From the NCBI RefSeq assembly GCF_009914755.1, contig NC_060947.1: DNA of 64,000 nucleotides. One strand, given 5' to 3'. Of this stretch, positions 32,006 through 48,484 are shown piece after piece. How positions within the stretch are numbered: the first letter of the stretch is position 1; each line of letters opens with the position of its first letter. The DNA is from the human T2T-CHM13v2.0 reference genome, Homo sapiens. The notes beneath the pieces were generated by a model. That model saw only the letters and a program-made list of their open reading frames with translations. It was not told the origin of the DNA and did no database searches. The translations under genes were made by a program, and so were the position numbers.

Positions 32006-33184
32006 CTTTAAAATTATGATTCTAGTATGCCAGTTTATTTTTAAGTGGTAGTCTTTGAGTTCATCTACAATAGCCAGGTACCTTTGTGCTCCTAGCCTAT
32101 TTCTATGGAGTCTAAGAGCACAAAAACAATGACAGGAGAAAGGGGAGGTACCAGTGAAGGTAAAATCATTTAGATTTTGTAGGAAGAAATCAATTCTTGC
32201 AAGTCAGGAGAATTTTGAAAGTGTTTTTAAGGCTATTTTAAACTGCTGTGTCTTTTAACATAAAGAAAAAAATTATTTCAATATAAACCCCTCCAGGCAA
32301 AGCCTTGTAGACGTATTCTCGTTATTGAGTCTTTTTCTTTAGGGTTTCTGGAACAAAATAGTTTTTGTCAAACAGCTTGTACATGCTATGAAGTATATTT
32401 AATCAATCATAATAGAAAAAAGAAACAGAGCAGCTTGATGGAGGGAACTTGTAGTTGATATGTCTCTGCATTCGTGATTTACCTGAACTCAAAGGAAGTT
32501 GATATTCCAGCTGATCACATTAATTCAGCTTTGTCTAATACCAACTACTGGAATGTACTCATTCACTTATGTTCCACAAATAATCTATCCAAAATAAAAC
32601 AGACAATAGCTTGAAATATGTTTCAGCATTTCTAAATATTTTCACAAGTAAAAAGCTGTCATATTTGAAGGTATTTCTTTTCTGTGATAATACTGTTGAT
32701 TGTTTCCTGCCCTGCATGATTAGATGTAATCATTATCACCAGCACCAGGACCACCATCATCGCCATCATAGACTAAAATTCCTTGATTATAATATATCAG
32801 GATCTATTCTAAGCACTTTATGTTTGTATCATTTTTCCTCACAAAACTCCTATAAGGTAGTTTTTTTCTTAATCTCAATTTTGCAGATAACAGAAAAGTA
32901 CACAATAAAGGGGATAAAATACTTGCTGAGTCATATTTCCTTACTATGTCTTCTCATGTGTCAAACTAGTTCATATTTTAACAATACATAAAGTATACTT
33001 ATTGTTAAATCTGTAACATTGATGTCCTTAATTTTCTGGCACCCTAGATAATGGCAATTGAAGACTGAGTTATTTCTAAATCTTTTTTCAAGAAGAGATA
33101 TTTTACAATTAATTGTCTCTCTCAAAAGTATATATATGCACATTCAGGCTGCTGTAATACCTTCCCATCTCTGCATATTTATAT

Positions 33185-33618
<434 letters not shown>

Positions 33619-33969
33619 TGATGCTATGTGTGGTTTCCTATCTCCCTACGCTGAGCATTCAGGATTTTTGATAACCAATGCAAGATGATATTTTGTTGAG
33701 ATAGTGTTTTTCTCCCTACTTTTCTTGCCATAGTATATTATATTCTGGATGAGGCAGTGGGGAGGGAAAAAGTGGGTGAGATGAAATGTGAAAAACGGGT
33801 ATGGGGAGATAAGCCTTAGCTTTTAACTTCATTTTGTTGGCACATGTCTGTTGGCAGTGCAGTAACAGTTAACAGTCTTCCTTGGAAGCTTGAACATTTT
33901 AAGTCCTAAGAAATATTGACAGCACTATTACAAGTTGAATAAAATAGGGAAAGGCATCTTGCACAGCTA

Positions 33970-34347
<378 letters not shown>

Positions 34348-34599
34348 GTTGTTTTATTGGTTAGCAAGAGTGACTGTATATTGTTGGTGAGTTGTTTGGT
34401 TTGGTTGGTTTACTTTCTAAAGAAGAGAGGGCAAAAAAAGAAAGTGATTGGTATCAGGTATCTGCACACTGAAAATTTAGGAATAAAAAAAGCATGCATA
34501 GTCTTTGTCACCTGAGGTTTAGAGAATTTAGGAACAAAACAAAACAAAATCTGAATAAGATACAAGGTAATATGATTAATATGGACCATGTATTACTGA

Positions 34600-35410
<811 letters not shown>

Positions 35411-35831
35411 TTAATTATTATTATGTGTTTTTAAGTGTAATTATTAATTATAACAATCATTATCAAGTATTTTGCAGTAATGTCTTAATGGCTAATCTTC
35501 TAAAGTAATATCCGTACTGTTAAGTTTAGTCTTTGTACTTTTAAAATATATAAACATTTTCAGGAATTGACTATAGTTTATATCTTCCACCCAGGAAACA
35601 AATATAACATTTTAACAGAAGAAAAAAAGTAATATTATGTAAAAAGCTGTGTTAAAATAGAATAGTATCAACATAATTTAGCAAACGAACTTCATAATTA
35701 GAATCAGGAAAACTGGTCATGACTGAGGTCACTCTATCAGGAGGTAAGCACTAGAGTACAGCATGGCAATATGTGTTTATAGGAAGTTATCATTGAAAAG
35801 GTGAAGAAGTCAGTAGAAAAGTTCTGAAAGT

Positions 35832-36372
<541 letters not shown>

Positions 36373-36477
36373 TCTTTCTTTTCTGCTATGCCAAGGGTCT
36401 TAATGCTGAAAGCTATGGGAAGCCCATGAATGTTTATAAACTGGAAAATGATGTACATAGTCAGGATTCTTAGATCA

Positions 36478-36596
36478 TTTTGTTTTTGTTTTGTTTTGTT
36501 TTTTTGTTTTTGTTTTGTTTTTGTTTGAGACAGGGTCTCACTCTGTCACCCATGATGGAGTGCAGTGCCATGATCTCAGCTCACTGTAACCTCCCA
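36478..36596 (-). mobile_element. Truncated Alu right arm with (GTTTT)n tail
   Basis: gagacagggtctcactctgtcacc..gatctcagctcactg. Confidence 0.82.
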
Positions 36597-36752
36597 GCCA
36601 GAAAGGTCATTTTGACAGAAGCAGAAAGAATGTATTAGAAGGGGAAAGCCCTAAGAAAATAGAGGTTATGAGGATATTGTCATAGTCCTGACAAGAGATG
36701 ATGGTGGCCTGAACTAATACAGTGACAGTGAGATTTAAAAAGCAACAAGAGG

Positions 36753-37184
36753 TGTATTAGTCAGAGTTCTTTTGAGAAACAGAACTAGTAAGATGTGTGT
36801 GTACACAAACACATATACACACACAGATTTATTTTATGGAATTGGCTCAAGTGATTATAGAAGCTGGCAAGTTTAAAATCTGCAAGGCAGGAGGACAGGC
36901 TAGAGACCCAGAGGAAAGCCAATGTTACAGTTCAAGTCTGAAAACTATCTGCTGCAGAATTCTCTCTTGCTTGGGGGATGTCGGTGTTTTTGTTCTAGTC
37001 AGGCCCTCAACTGATTGGATGAGGCCCACTCACATCATGAGGTACAAACCGCTTTACCCAAAGTTCACTGATTTAAATGTTGATCTCATCCAAAAACACC
37101 CTCACAGAAACTACCAAAATAATGTTTGACCAAATATCTGGACATTGTGGCCCAGCCAAGTTGACATATAAAATTAACGATCAT
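36753..37184 (-). mobile_element. MLT2-type (ERVL) solo LTR
   Basis: tgtattagtcagagttct..ggaattggctcaagtgattat..ctgattggatgaggccca..gccaagttgacatataaaattaac. Confidence 0.82.
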
Positions 37185-37486
37185 GAGAGGGTGTTAAAGG
37201 ACAGAATTGACAGGTGCTGATGATTGATTGGATGTGTAAATCAAAGGAGGCAAGTGTTAAAGAAGATGGTATGCTTCACAGAGAAAGCAAACTCAGGAAT
37301 AGAGCACATTTTCTCAGGAGAGTTACAATGACTAATATCATTTTAAACATGTTTAGTTCCACCTTGTAAAGATGGAAAATGTCTAAGAAGCCATTGTATA
37401 TGTGATTGTGAAACTCAGGAAAGAAGTCTAAACTAACCATATCGGCTTGGGGATCATTGGTTTTTATTTGAACATTAAAGTTACAG

Positions 37487-37797
37487 TGTACTAGTTTGCC
37501 AGGGCTGCCATAAGAAAATGCCACAAGCTAAGTAGCTTAGAACAACAGATACATGTTGTCTGACAGTTCTGGAGGCTAGAAGTCCAAGATCAAGGTGTCA
37601 GCAGGGTCATGCTCCTTTTGAAGAGTCTACGGTAGGATCTGTGTCAGACCTCTCTCCTAGATTCTAGTAGTTTTCTGCTTTGTCACAGCATAACTTCAAC
37701 CTTCAAATGGCATTCTCCCTGTGTGCATATCTGTCTTTTCACATGGTGTTTATTTTATAAAAATACCAGTGATATTGAATTAAAGGCCCACCCTACT
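37487..37797 (-). mobile_element. MLT1 (MaLR) LTR, partial
   Basis: gggctgccataa..cagttctggaggctagaagtccaagatcaaggtgtcagcaggg. Confidence 0.82.
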
Positions 37798-37960
37798 TTA
37801 TTTTATTTCTTTAGAGATGGAGTCTCACTCTGTCACCCAGGCTGGAATACAGAGATGTGATCATAGCTCACTGCAGCCTCAAACTCCTAGGCAGAAGCAA
37901 TCCTCCTCCCTCAGCCTCCCATGTAGCTGGGAATATAGGTGTATGCTAACATGCCCAGCT
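37798..37960 (-). mobile_element. AluJ right arm / FRAM
   Basis: gagatggagtctcactctgtcacccaggctgg..gatcatagctcactgcagcctc. Confidence 0.82.
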
Positions 37961-38078
37961 GCTCTTAGTTACTGTTTTTTTTTCCTAAAATAAATATTTT
38001 AGAACAATCACCTCTTAATTACATAGTTCAACTTATAGCATGTGTGTTTGAATGGGATCACCACGGTAAAGTATAAAT

Positions 38079-38586
38079 CAGAGGTTCTGAAACTATTTGA
38101 TCTCAGAACCCATTTACACTAAAAATCATTGAGGACCCCAAATGCCTTTTGTTTATCTAAGTTGTTTATATTGACATTTATCATCTTAGAGTTGAAACTG
38201 AGATAATTTTAAAATTATCGATTGATTCAATTAAAATAACAATAGTAAACCTTTTCATGTTAAAATAAATAACCTTTTAAATGAAAACTACCTATATTTT
38301 CCAAAACAAAAAAAGAATTAGAAGAGAAAAAGAATAATGTCATAAATCTCTTCACAGTCTGACTTAATAAGACAGCTTGATTCTCATACCTACTTTTCTA
38401 TTCAATCTGATTCAATATCATTCTTCATGTAACTTCTGGAAAACTTCACGATACACTCAGGAAAGAATGAGAAATAGAAAGGCAAAAAAGTGTCAGTATT
38501 ATTATGAAAATAGTTTTCACCTTGCAAATCCCTGAAATGATCTTTCGGGGCCTCCAGGAGTCCCCCGCCACACTCCAGCATTGCTG
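38079..38586 (-). mobile_element. Charlie1b-like hAT DNA transposon
   Basis: cagaggttctgaaactatttgatctcag..gaggacccc at one end; attatgaaaatagtttt..ccacact..gctg at the other. Confidence 0.75.
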
Positions 38587-38630
38587 GAGTGAACAATGAA
38601 AAGAGTAAGTGGTTAAAAATGGAGCCTATC

Positions 38631-38930
38631 GGCCGAGTGCAGAGGCTCACACCTGTAATCCCAGCACTTTGGGTGGCCTAGGCGGGTGGATCATGAGGTC
38701 AGGAGTTCAAGACCAGCCTGGCCAAGATGGTGAAACCCCGTCTCTACTAAAAATACAAAAATTAGCTGGGCATGGTGGCAGGTGCCTGTAATCCCAGCTA
38801 CTCGGGAGGCTGAGGCAGAGAATTGCTTGAACCCGGGGGGCAGAAGTTGCAGTGAGCCGAGATCACGCCACTGCACTCCAGCCTGGGCTACAGAGCGAGA
38901 CTCTGTCTCAAAAAAAAAAAAAAAAAAAAA
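38631..38930 (+). mobile_element. AluSg-like
   Basis: Full dimer; TSD ggagcctatc. Confidence 0.92.
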
Positions 38931-39651
38931 GGAGCCTATCCAGTTTTGTTCTGAGAATGTAATCTTTCTCCCACACTACAGCAATTCCTACGCTCCTCCA
39001 AGTGTTTATTAACCTTTCACTGTTCTCCTAAAAATGTGTCTATAACAGACAAAGAAAGAAGGGCTTATTTTGATTGTGTCTAGTTGTTATAGGACCAACA
39101 AGTTTGTATGCCTGCTGCACAGTAACAGACCAATACCCTGAGACAACTGGGATGCAGCAGAGAAAGACATTAATGATTGCAGGGCACCAAGCAAAGAGAT
39201 GGGAGGAGACCCTCAAATCCATCCCCTCAAGGAGTTCTGGGCTGGGATGTTTAAGTGGATCTCGGAGAGTAGGGGGCTGGAAAATTGGAGTCATTGATTG
39301 ACCAGGGCAAGGGGGATGAAATCATCAGGATGTGGAAACTGCATTCTTTGGTGAGTCAGCTTCTTGTGGGATCCTTCAGACCAGCTGACATCAGTAGTTT
39401 CATTGGTACACAGCACTGAAAGAATAGCTCCAATGGAAAACTTAATGTTTTATAATGTTCAAGTTGTTATCTACACAGCAGTTAAGGGGAACTATAATCT
39501 TGTAACAGGGTCTGTGTGATTTTGAAGCAATAAGTACCGAACAACTATGAGGAAGCAGGTCAAGCCGGTCAGAGAGCAAGCTGACTTAATGATTAACACT
39601 GAATCACTGAATGTACCACAAGCTTGGTTTATCTTTTTCCCTGCTTTCTGT

Positions 39652-40180
<529 letters not shown>

Positions 40181-41544
40181 TAATTTTTAAATTTTTATAG
40201 GGATGGTTTCATAGTCTGTATGTATTTTCATTTGCTAATATTTAGTTAATTACCTTTTCAAATGTCATTGAGACCGTAAGATAAATATCCAAATAAGTTT
40301 TTATGCATATGCTCAGCTGAGTGATTTGAGCATGAAAAATAAATTTTTAAAAATTGGATTTATTTTTTATGTTTTAGTACCATAGCTCTATTTACGTATC
40401 AGTCAAATAGTAAACTACTGTTACCTTCTTGACTCATGGCCCATGTGTTACAAATATTATTATTATTTATTGTAATGTTACTTTATACTTGGACTATATG
40501 TGCCTTTGTACTTATAAATATGTTTCAAAAACAGATCCTTCCATTGCAAGTATGTAGTTTTAATTATGAAAATGAAAAGATGCAGGAAAGAAAGAGTAAG
40601 AATAATAGAGTTGGGTGTCTGTCAAGATGGAGCTCACTGTCTGAGTTTCTCAGAGAGTGTCTTATGAAAGATGCTCTTATCAACTAGATGGAAGGCAGTT
40701 GTGAGCCTTCTGAGAGCTGGGAGGAATCATGATGGAGACATATCATATGTGAATCCATGGGGCGTGAAAGCCTATGGAAGATGTGAGTGAAGTGTCATCA
40801 GAAAGTGATTTATATAACTTTAAATATGTCCAATTAGAACATTGTAATCTTCTCTTCCACCGAAAGAGAGATGATATAGAACATTTCATTGCCATTGCGA
40901 GGTATGTAATATATAGTACATAGAGGTATTTCATGCATGGGACCAAAGATACATACCATTGGAACCATAGGATCTTACCTGTAACAAAAGTAGAGAGTTC
41001 CCTGGATAAAGTAAGTCACATTGGAAATTACAAATAACTTTTTAAAAAAGTGTACACTTTCCGTAAAGCTTCTATTTCCTATCAATGTAGCAAAGGACAA
41101 ACACTTCTCCCCCAACCTTTTTTTTTTAACACATCTATTGCTTAGTAGATGTAACTTAGCAAAAGTAAGGTATCTTTATGTGGCATGCAAAATTATATAC
41201 ATTCATCAAGGAGAAATATTTGAGGATTTAATTATTCAGAAAAATAATAGTATAAAGCAAACACAAAGATTATTTCTGTAATCTACATTTGATCAACTGA
41301 GCTCAGAATTAAGTAATGATATCATGAAAACCAAGCAGCCAGAGAATTATATCTTTCAAGTTAAATCCATAAAAAAATACCATGTACCAAGGCTATATTT
41401 TGAGAGATTTGGAGATCAGAAGGCAAATGCCATGATAAGAAACAGTTTTTTTAATTGTAAAGGAGAAAATAGATATGATTAAATATTAAAGAGACAGGCA
41501 TTTTATAAACATTAAGTGGTATTACTAAAAATTTAAATTCTGTG

Positions 41545-41730
41545 TGTTCAGAAGTGAAGATCAGTCTTAGCTCTGCTACCTAGCTTTATGACCTAGTTCT
41601 GTTGCCTTATCTCTTCATGCCTCAGTTACCTCATGTGTAATATAGGATAATGACATTCACCTCTTATAGTTTTAGTGAAGATTAAGTGAGATAATTAAGT
41701 ACAGTACAAAACACAGGACCTAGAATATAC
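41545..41730 (+). mobile_element. MIR
   Basis: gctctgctacctagct..gcctcagttacctcatgtgtaa..gtgaagattaagtgagataa. Confidence 0.75.
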
Positions 41731-44339
41731 TTGCTGCTGCTGACACGATGAAAGAGTCATTTTTATGCTTCTTGAAGAATCTAGTAAAAACTCAAGAAAT
41801 AGTCTCCACCCTTAAGAAGTTTTCATTTTTGTCAGAGAAATAAAATAAAGGTGACCTAGCAAACATTAAACTGTGTGCTGATACATAATAGAGATTATTT
41901 GCTCTTTAACTCTATCTAAAAAGGGAAATCAGTGAGGTCTGGTAAAATTACATAAAGTTTCATGGAGAAGGCTAAATACAGCCTCTGAACATACCAGTCA
42001 AGCTAGACCCTGAAGGATGGGTAACATTTGGCTGAGCAGAGGTGAAACTATCCAAGTAAAAGGGAATAACATCAGCAGTAGTGCACGTCAGCACATAAGG
42101 CAGCATGCTTTATGTAGGATATGTGTATAGCCCACAGGAAAATACATCAAAACGATTAAGAGAATGGGTCCTAAGTTCAAGTCCCAGCACCACAGTTTGC
42201 TAGCCATATAATCTCTGACAAGGTGTTTCATCTTTCTGTGCCTCAATTTTTTCTTCTGTAAAACCAGAGACTGGTGTTATTTATACTGTAGTCTGTTTAT
42301 TGATTATACGTTAATGGCATTTGGCCTATTACCAGTCCCTGATAGTTAAATGTTCAGTCAGTATTTTCTGTTGGTGTCGTTTTAGTGAAGGGTTTGATTT
42401 GGAAAATTGTTGGAAAGGTAGGATGGAGCCGGGCTGTGAAAGAGCCTTCCAAGTCAGGCAGGGGAGTTGTGGCATGATGAGGTAGGAGAGCTAAGGTCAT
42501 TATGGGAATTCATTTAGGGATTTTCAAGAAGTAAGCCAGAAGCACAAGAAAGGAGAGGAGACTACAAGGAGGATGTAGCTGGAAAAGAACAGTGAAAGGT
42601 GATGAAAAGGGAGTGAGCTCATACCTGATTCTCTCTTCAAAGGAGTTTAAACCTGCAGCAGTTTGAGAAGATGGTAACAGGAAGGAAAAAATTTCATAAA
42701 GGAGATTTTAAAAGCAGTTGGAAGTTGCAAGCAACAGCTTGACTGATGAGCAAGAGACATCTTTTTAAAAGAACAGCACAGTTTTACCAGTAGATAATTA
42801 TATATTGATATATTTTGGCACATTAGGCTATTTGATCCATCCAATCAACGTTTATTGCACCATTTTCCAAATAATTATAATTAGAGCATGCACAGTAATA
42901 TACCACTTATTTAAATGTAAAATTGAGAAAGCTAATTTAAATGCAACAAAAATATGCTAAGTCAACAAATGTACTCTAAAATGCGTGCAACAGTATGCAA
43001 ACTATGTAAAGTACTTGGTCTAATCTATGTTCTCCAATGTTTGGCTATATTGATATAGAGGATAATTATGTTAGGGACCACTAAAAAAAAGATTAATTAG
43101 TTCTGTAGGTAGAAGAGAAAAAGCTTACCAAATATTTGTAAATAAATCTCTTTCTTTTCATGTTTATGGAAGTCAGCAAATTAACTGCAAAATCTTAGAG
43201 GAAGCAATAGGAAAAAGTATGTTAAAATGGGTATTTTGAAATTGCAAACTATAAGCATGATTCTTATGCAAATATTAATTTAATCAGGAAGAGTTTTACT
43301 CCTCCTTGTATAAGATTATATGGAAATCAGAATTGCCTGTTTACTTCTAGTGTCATGATAAAGAATGAGGTACCTTAGATTTGATGAAAAATCAGTCTTC
43401 AGAGAGTTGATGAGCAGTTTTGCCAAATAAACCTAAACATTTAAACTCTGGTTGATAGCAATTTTGTTTTTATCTGTTTTCCTAGTTGTAAAATAATTAC
43501 ATCTTATAAGTGAATAAACTCATTTCACATTATATTATTTTGATCTGAATAGGTCAATTTATGTTTCTTACTGTCATACCCCAGACATTAAATTATAGTC
43601 ACCAAAATTATAGATTAGAAAACTCACAAATAATGGAATTGATTCAAGTAGCAGTAAATCACCTCCAATAATATAAATTAATGAGGCAATATCGGTACTA
43701 TCGTTCCGGCATATTTTTACAACTGCTAATAAACAGCTCATAGATGCTAATACAAAGTAAAACAAGTTTGTATGCTTGGTGGACCTAGAAAACAGTCTTT
43801 GGCCTAGCAAAGCCTTACCTATGAAGAGAAAAAGTGTATCTGGCTGATACTATGTTTACTTTAAGTTACCTAGTTTCCTACCTTAGCAAAGATTTCAAGA
43901 AATCTATGTTTATATAAAGATCAGAATTTTTTTCTCTTTGTTCTCTAGATTTGATTTTTCAGTGAAAATTTGGGTTTTGTTTCCCCAGATAAAATTATTC
44001 AGTACAGTAAAGACTTACCCAGGTCTTTGGAGCTTCTCACACATTAAGATGTTTAGTATGAATTCGTGACTTTGTTATTTTAATGAAATATCTTTAGGTC
44101 CATGTTAAGGCAATATCGTGTCATGCTGCTGCCATTCAGTCAACATTTGTTGAATTTCTAAGTTCAAGCATTGGGATAAAAGATATTGAGATGCAAAGAG
44201 GAGGAGCTCCCATTGTAGCAATCATCAAATGATAAACCACACCCTGCTGGTTGAATCTGCTGATCCCCAGTGACATGTAATCTGTCAGATCTCTCCATCA
44301 TTGGTTTAGCCTGTGATTGAAATGAGTTTACCCCTCTTG

Positions 44340-44560
44340 CCTTTGGAGCCAGACAAAACCAGTTCACATCATGGCCCTGCTCCCTACATGGTGTATCCTT
44401 GAACAACTCATCTAACCTCTCTGATCCTCGAGGACAGAGAAAACAACAGCATCAACCTCGTAGGATTTTCATAAGAAGTAAATGAGAGGATACATGTAAA
44501 TCTCTTAGTACTTGCCTGGCACATGGTTAGCATGTAATAAGTGTTAAATGTTATCCCTTT
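44340..44560 (+). mobile_element. MIR
   Basis: ctttggagccagac..ccttgaacaa..taacctctctg..aaatgaga..tgcctggcacat. Confidence 0.75.
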
Positions 44561-45832
44561 GATAATAATAATTATTTAGTGAACATATCAAGGAAAATTA
44601 TCAATGGCAATAATCATTACAATAAGATCTTGATTGACTAGCCTAAAAGAAGTGGAGTTTTGATTAATCTGACTTTATAATTATATAGAAAGCTGTTTAT
44701 GCATCAGTCTTTATCATCTGAAATCTTTCTCAACTCTTTGTACAACTCTCCTCGCACTCTCCCAACCACCTCCGCCCACAAAAAAATTTTGGCTTTACAT
44801 GTTACACAGGTGAAAATGTGCAGCAGCATGTGGCACATAGATATAATTTTGGACATGTAGCCAGCACACAATATACATTTACTGGTAGATCATTAGGATT
44901 TCGTTATTGTCTCTGGGCCATTATTCAGAGCATCAGTGATCAGTATACACTAGCATTGGAGCATGTGCTTTATCTGTACTATTTCCAGAATACACTCTAG
45001 ATTAATTGAAGATTCTAGTTATTTTTTCCTGTAGCCTATTTGAGCCACTTATCACTAGTAATTTTTTTTTTCTGACCCCATACTAAAATAATTACATTTC
45101 TGGCTTCAGTTCTCGGGAAATAAGTGCTAAACTCTCATTCTATCTGCCTTAGCAGTAAAACAAATTTCTACATCTACTAAAAATATTCTTTTAAATGAGA
45201 GACAAAAATAAATATGTGAAACAAGATAGGTAATATACTTTAGATCTCATTAAGAGTTCTTACATTCTAAATGCAGAAACTCAGATTTGCAAAAACTGTA
45301 AGAGCTGTCTTCAGTGTGCTGAACATTTAACAAGATTTCATCAATTTGTATGTAGAAGATGAGTAACACTGGCAGTTACAAATTTGGCTTTTCTCTACAA
45401 TATATGCTTGTTGCTATATATGATTTATGCAACTTTACTAGGCAGAAATCTATGAAAATATTAGAGCAGGTAAGTGAAAACAATAAAACTGACTATATAA
45501 GAAATTACCAAAACACATTGTAGGTGGCCTAATCATTTATTAAAAACATGCTTTGTTCCATATTTTAATATTCTAATTCTTATTACAGAAAAGTGTCAAA
45601 TGAATAACAGCTGTTATACAGCAACATTGCAATTAATTTTGCTCTGTTCTCAGTCAAATGCACTTAGATTCATGTCAGTAATTACACCTAACAGATTCAC
45701 AGAACCAACAAACTGCACTGAACCCAACTGAGTCTCTAATGACTTTTTTTTAAATTATATTTGGTCCACCCACATTGAATTCCCGAGCCCCTGGGCTGCT
45801 TTAGAATCAGGACAAAATCTACTGTTACACTT

Positions 45833-46097
45833 GGCCGGGCGCAGTGGCTCACACCTGTAATCCCGGCACTTTGGGAGGCTGAGGCGGGCAGATCATCTGA
45901 GGTCAGGAGTTCGAGACCAGCCTGGCCAACATGGTGAAACCCCGTCTCTACTAAAACTACAAAAATTAGCTGGGTATGGTGGCGGATGCCTGTAATCCCA
46001 GCTACTCGAGAGGCTGAGGCAGGAGAATTGCTTGAACCCGGGTACTCCAGTCTGGGCGACAGAGTGAGACTCTGTCTAAAAAAAATAAATAAATAAA
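45833..46097 (+). mobile_element. AluSx with ~36-bp right-arm deletion
   Basis: Junction gaacccggg|tactccag at 46042/46043; tgttacact flanks both ends. Confidence 0.9.
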
Positions 46098-48182
46098 TTC
46101 CGTTGTTACACTGAATGTGCAAAAGGATTATGGACAAAAACCTTTCAGTGATTGTTAATTTAATTCCACAAGTATTTATTCAGTGCCTACAGTGTGCTGA
46201 TCTGTGGTGACATATCCTAATCAAAGTATGATTGACTGATAACTTAGCACTATTAACCTATTTCAGGGGTTATTAACTATCAGCCTTTCTCCCTCTCTTA
46301 TGTGTGTCTGTTCTGTAAGAAATAATGGTTGTTGCTTCATGTAGTCCCATAGGTGTATGTATATACTCACACAGGACCGTATGTAGCATATAATATTTTT
46401 CACATATCATATATAATCTCTTAAAATCATCTATATTTCTTTTTTTATAAATAGTCAATCCTCAGTCCTCTGTTACACCCCTCACACATGAACAACCTAT
46501 AAAGTATATAGTATCTTAACTTGTTAGTGGGATAAAATGGAAAAGAAGACATCGTTTAAGAAAGCAATTATACCTTTGTCACAATGGTATTAGGAAGACA
46601 TTAAAACCTAAACTTAGAATACCTGCTTGTCATATATATCAACAGTAGGTTTCATATGCTATTTCGTAACAGCTTAGAAGATGATGGTATGATTCATTTG
46701 AAAATCAAAAAATAATTATCCTTTTAAATGTGCAATTAACTATGGATGGCATAATACTTTTATTTGTTTGAACCAGCACTGGAATCTACTTTAAATGTAC
46801 TTTAAAAAAAAATTCTTTTTGTCAGACTAGATATTTCAGAGCTCCTGTATTTGATTTAGCCTTTTCTATTTGCTGAGCCCTGGAGAAAGTTGCGTAGGAA
46901 TTATTTGGGGCATCATTAAATAGGATGGATGCATATAGGTCTAGGAAGACTCAGGCATAGCCCTGCTGAGGATTGGACAGGGTCCAGGAGGTTCCTTTTA
47001 CATCCGTGTGGTTCTGTGGTATAAGATAACCACATTCTCAGAGTATGCTGGTTTAGGCTGTGTTGTAATCTGTAAATCATAGTGTCTTGTTTTGTTTGTC
47101 TCTTTAGTCCCATATTTTTATAATGTAATCCCTACCCCAATTTTTTAGCTAATAATTTTACGCAGTTGAGTGTTTGAAGTTGAAGAAGTTTTCCAAATTT
47201 CCTGTTGATCTCACCAATATCTACACATTCTTGGTTGAGTCACTACCTTGTCTGATTTTCTAGAACAGTATTTCTGTGAAAGGAAAATGTGTTCCCTCTA
47301 GTCCTCTTTTGTCAAAAACCCTTTGCACTTGCTTTCTTTTGCCAATTGAACCTTTTTTGAAATGCATCAGTAGGGAGAGCTTGCCTAGCCTTTGCTAGAC
47401 AGGAGTAGCTGTAGGTGCATTTAAACAATCCAACTTGAAAAGGGGATTTCTCTCTTTCTATTTGAAAACAATTGAAAATGAAAAGTGTATGTCTCAGGAC
47501 AGAGTGCTTAACCGACCTCATTCTACTGAACTTCAGCATGGTATATGAAACTACCTCCCCTGTGTCTTCCCCAGTGTTTTAAAAAGATGCTTAACTTGTT
47601 TGAGGCAACTGGTTCTGAGTCAGAGCTCTCTATCCAGCATCACCAGAATCCATTATGTTGTTAGGTCTTGTTATACCGTTCTTTGCATCTCTTTTTTCTT
47701 CACTCAAATAGTCAATACAGCTTTGTTCTAAGGGCTATCTGATCATGTTTTGAGGGGAAATCGAGATTGAGCTATAGAGATGAACTATGGTTACATTAAC
47801 CTTTAAATGTAACCACATTCCTTCCCCCACAGTACATTCACATGCAGCCTGTACTTTTAAGTAATCCTGTAAGCTCCTGTGGCTAAAGCATGTTGAAAGT
47901 ATCTATTTTCAACTGAGTAACCCTGACAGTAGATGAAACCTCCAAAAGATACCTCCCTCCTCAAGGGTGGAAGTGGGGGTAGGGGCAATGGTTGGCAGTG
48001 CAGTTTTCAGCCTATTCTCCCTCATCCTCTCTCTTTTTTTAAGACCCTAGAGGAGCAAGGTAAACATCTTTATAAGGAAATGTATGAGTTAGCTCTTTTA
48101 AAACCACAGATAAGTATAATCTTAGGAAAAGAGATCATGTGCCCTAGACTTTAGTAGTTAACATTTCTTCTGAAGGATGTGA

Positions 48183-48484
48183 TTTTTTTTTTTTTTTTTT
48201 GTGATGGAGTCTTGCTCTGTCTCCCAGGCTGGAGTGCAATGGTGCGACCTCAGCTCACTGCAACCTCCGCCTCCCGGGTTCAAGCAATTCCAATTCTCTG
48301 CCTCAGCCTCCTGAGTAGCTGGGATTACAGGCACCCACCACCACGCCTGGCTAATTTTTGTATTTTTAGTAGAGACGGGGTTTCACCATCTTGGCCAGGC
48401 TGGTCTTGAACTGCTGACCACATGATCCACCTGCCTCGGCCTCCCAAAGTCTGGTATTATAGGCGTGAGCCATTGCACCCGGCC
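48183..48484 (-). mobile_element. AluS
   Basis: Antisense dimer; TSD ggatgtgattttttt; internal caattc duplication. Confidence 0.92.

Noticed and set aside
32611-32991. 126-aa ORF with a His-rich stretch (similar case at 29162-29356)
   Set aside because: Derived from CAT/CAC simple repeats next to MIR-like or low-complexity sequence; non-ATG start, AT-rich, no splice context or recognisable domain.
40740-40990. Coding-like stretch, possibly an ancient RTE/L4 LINE relic (also about 1600-1850)
   Set aside because: Similarity is too faint to call by eye; needs a Dfam profile search.
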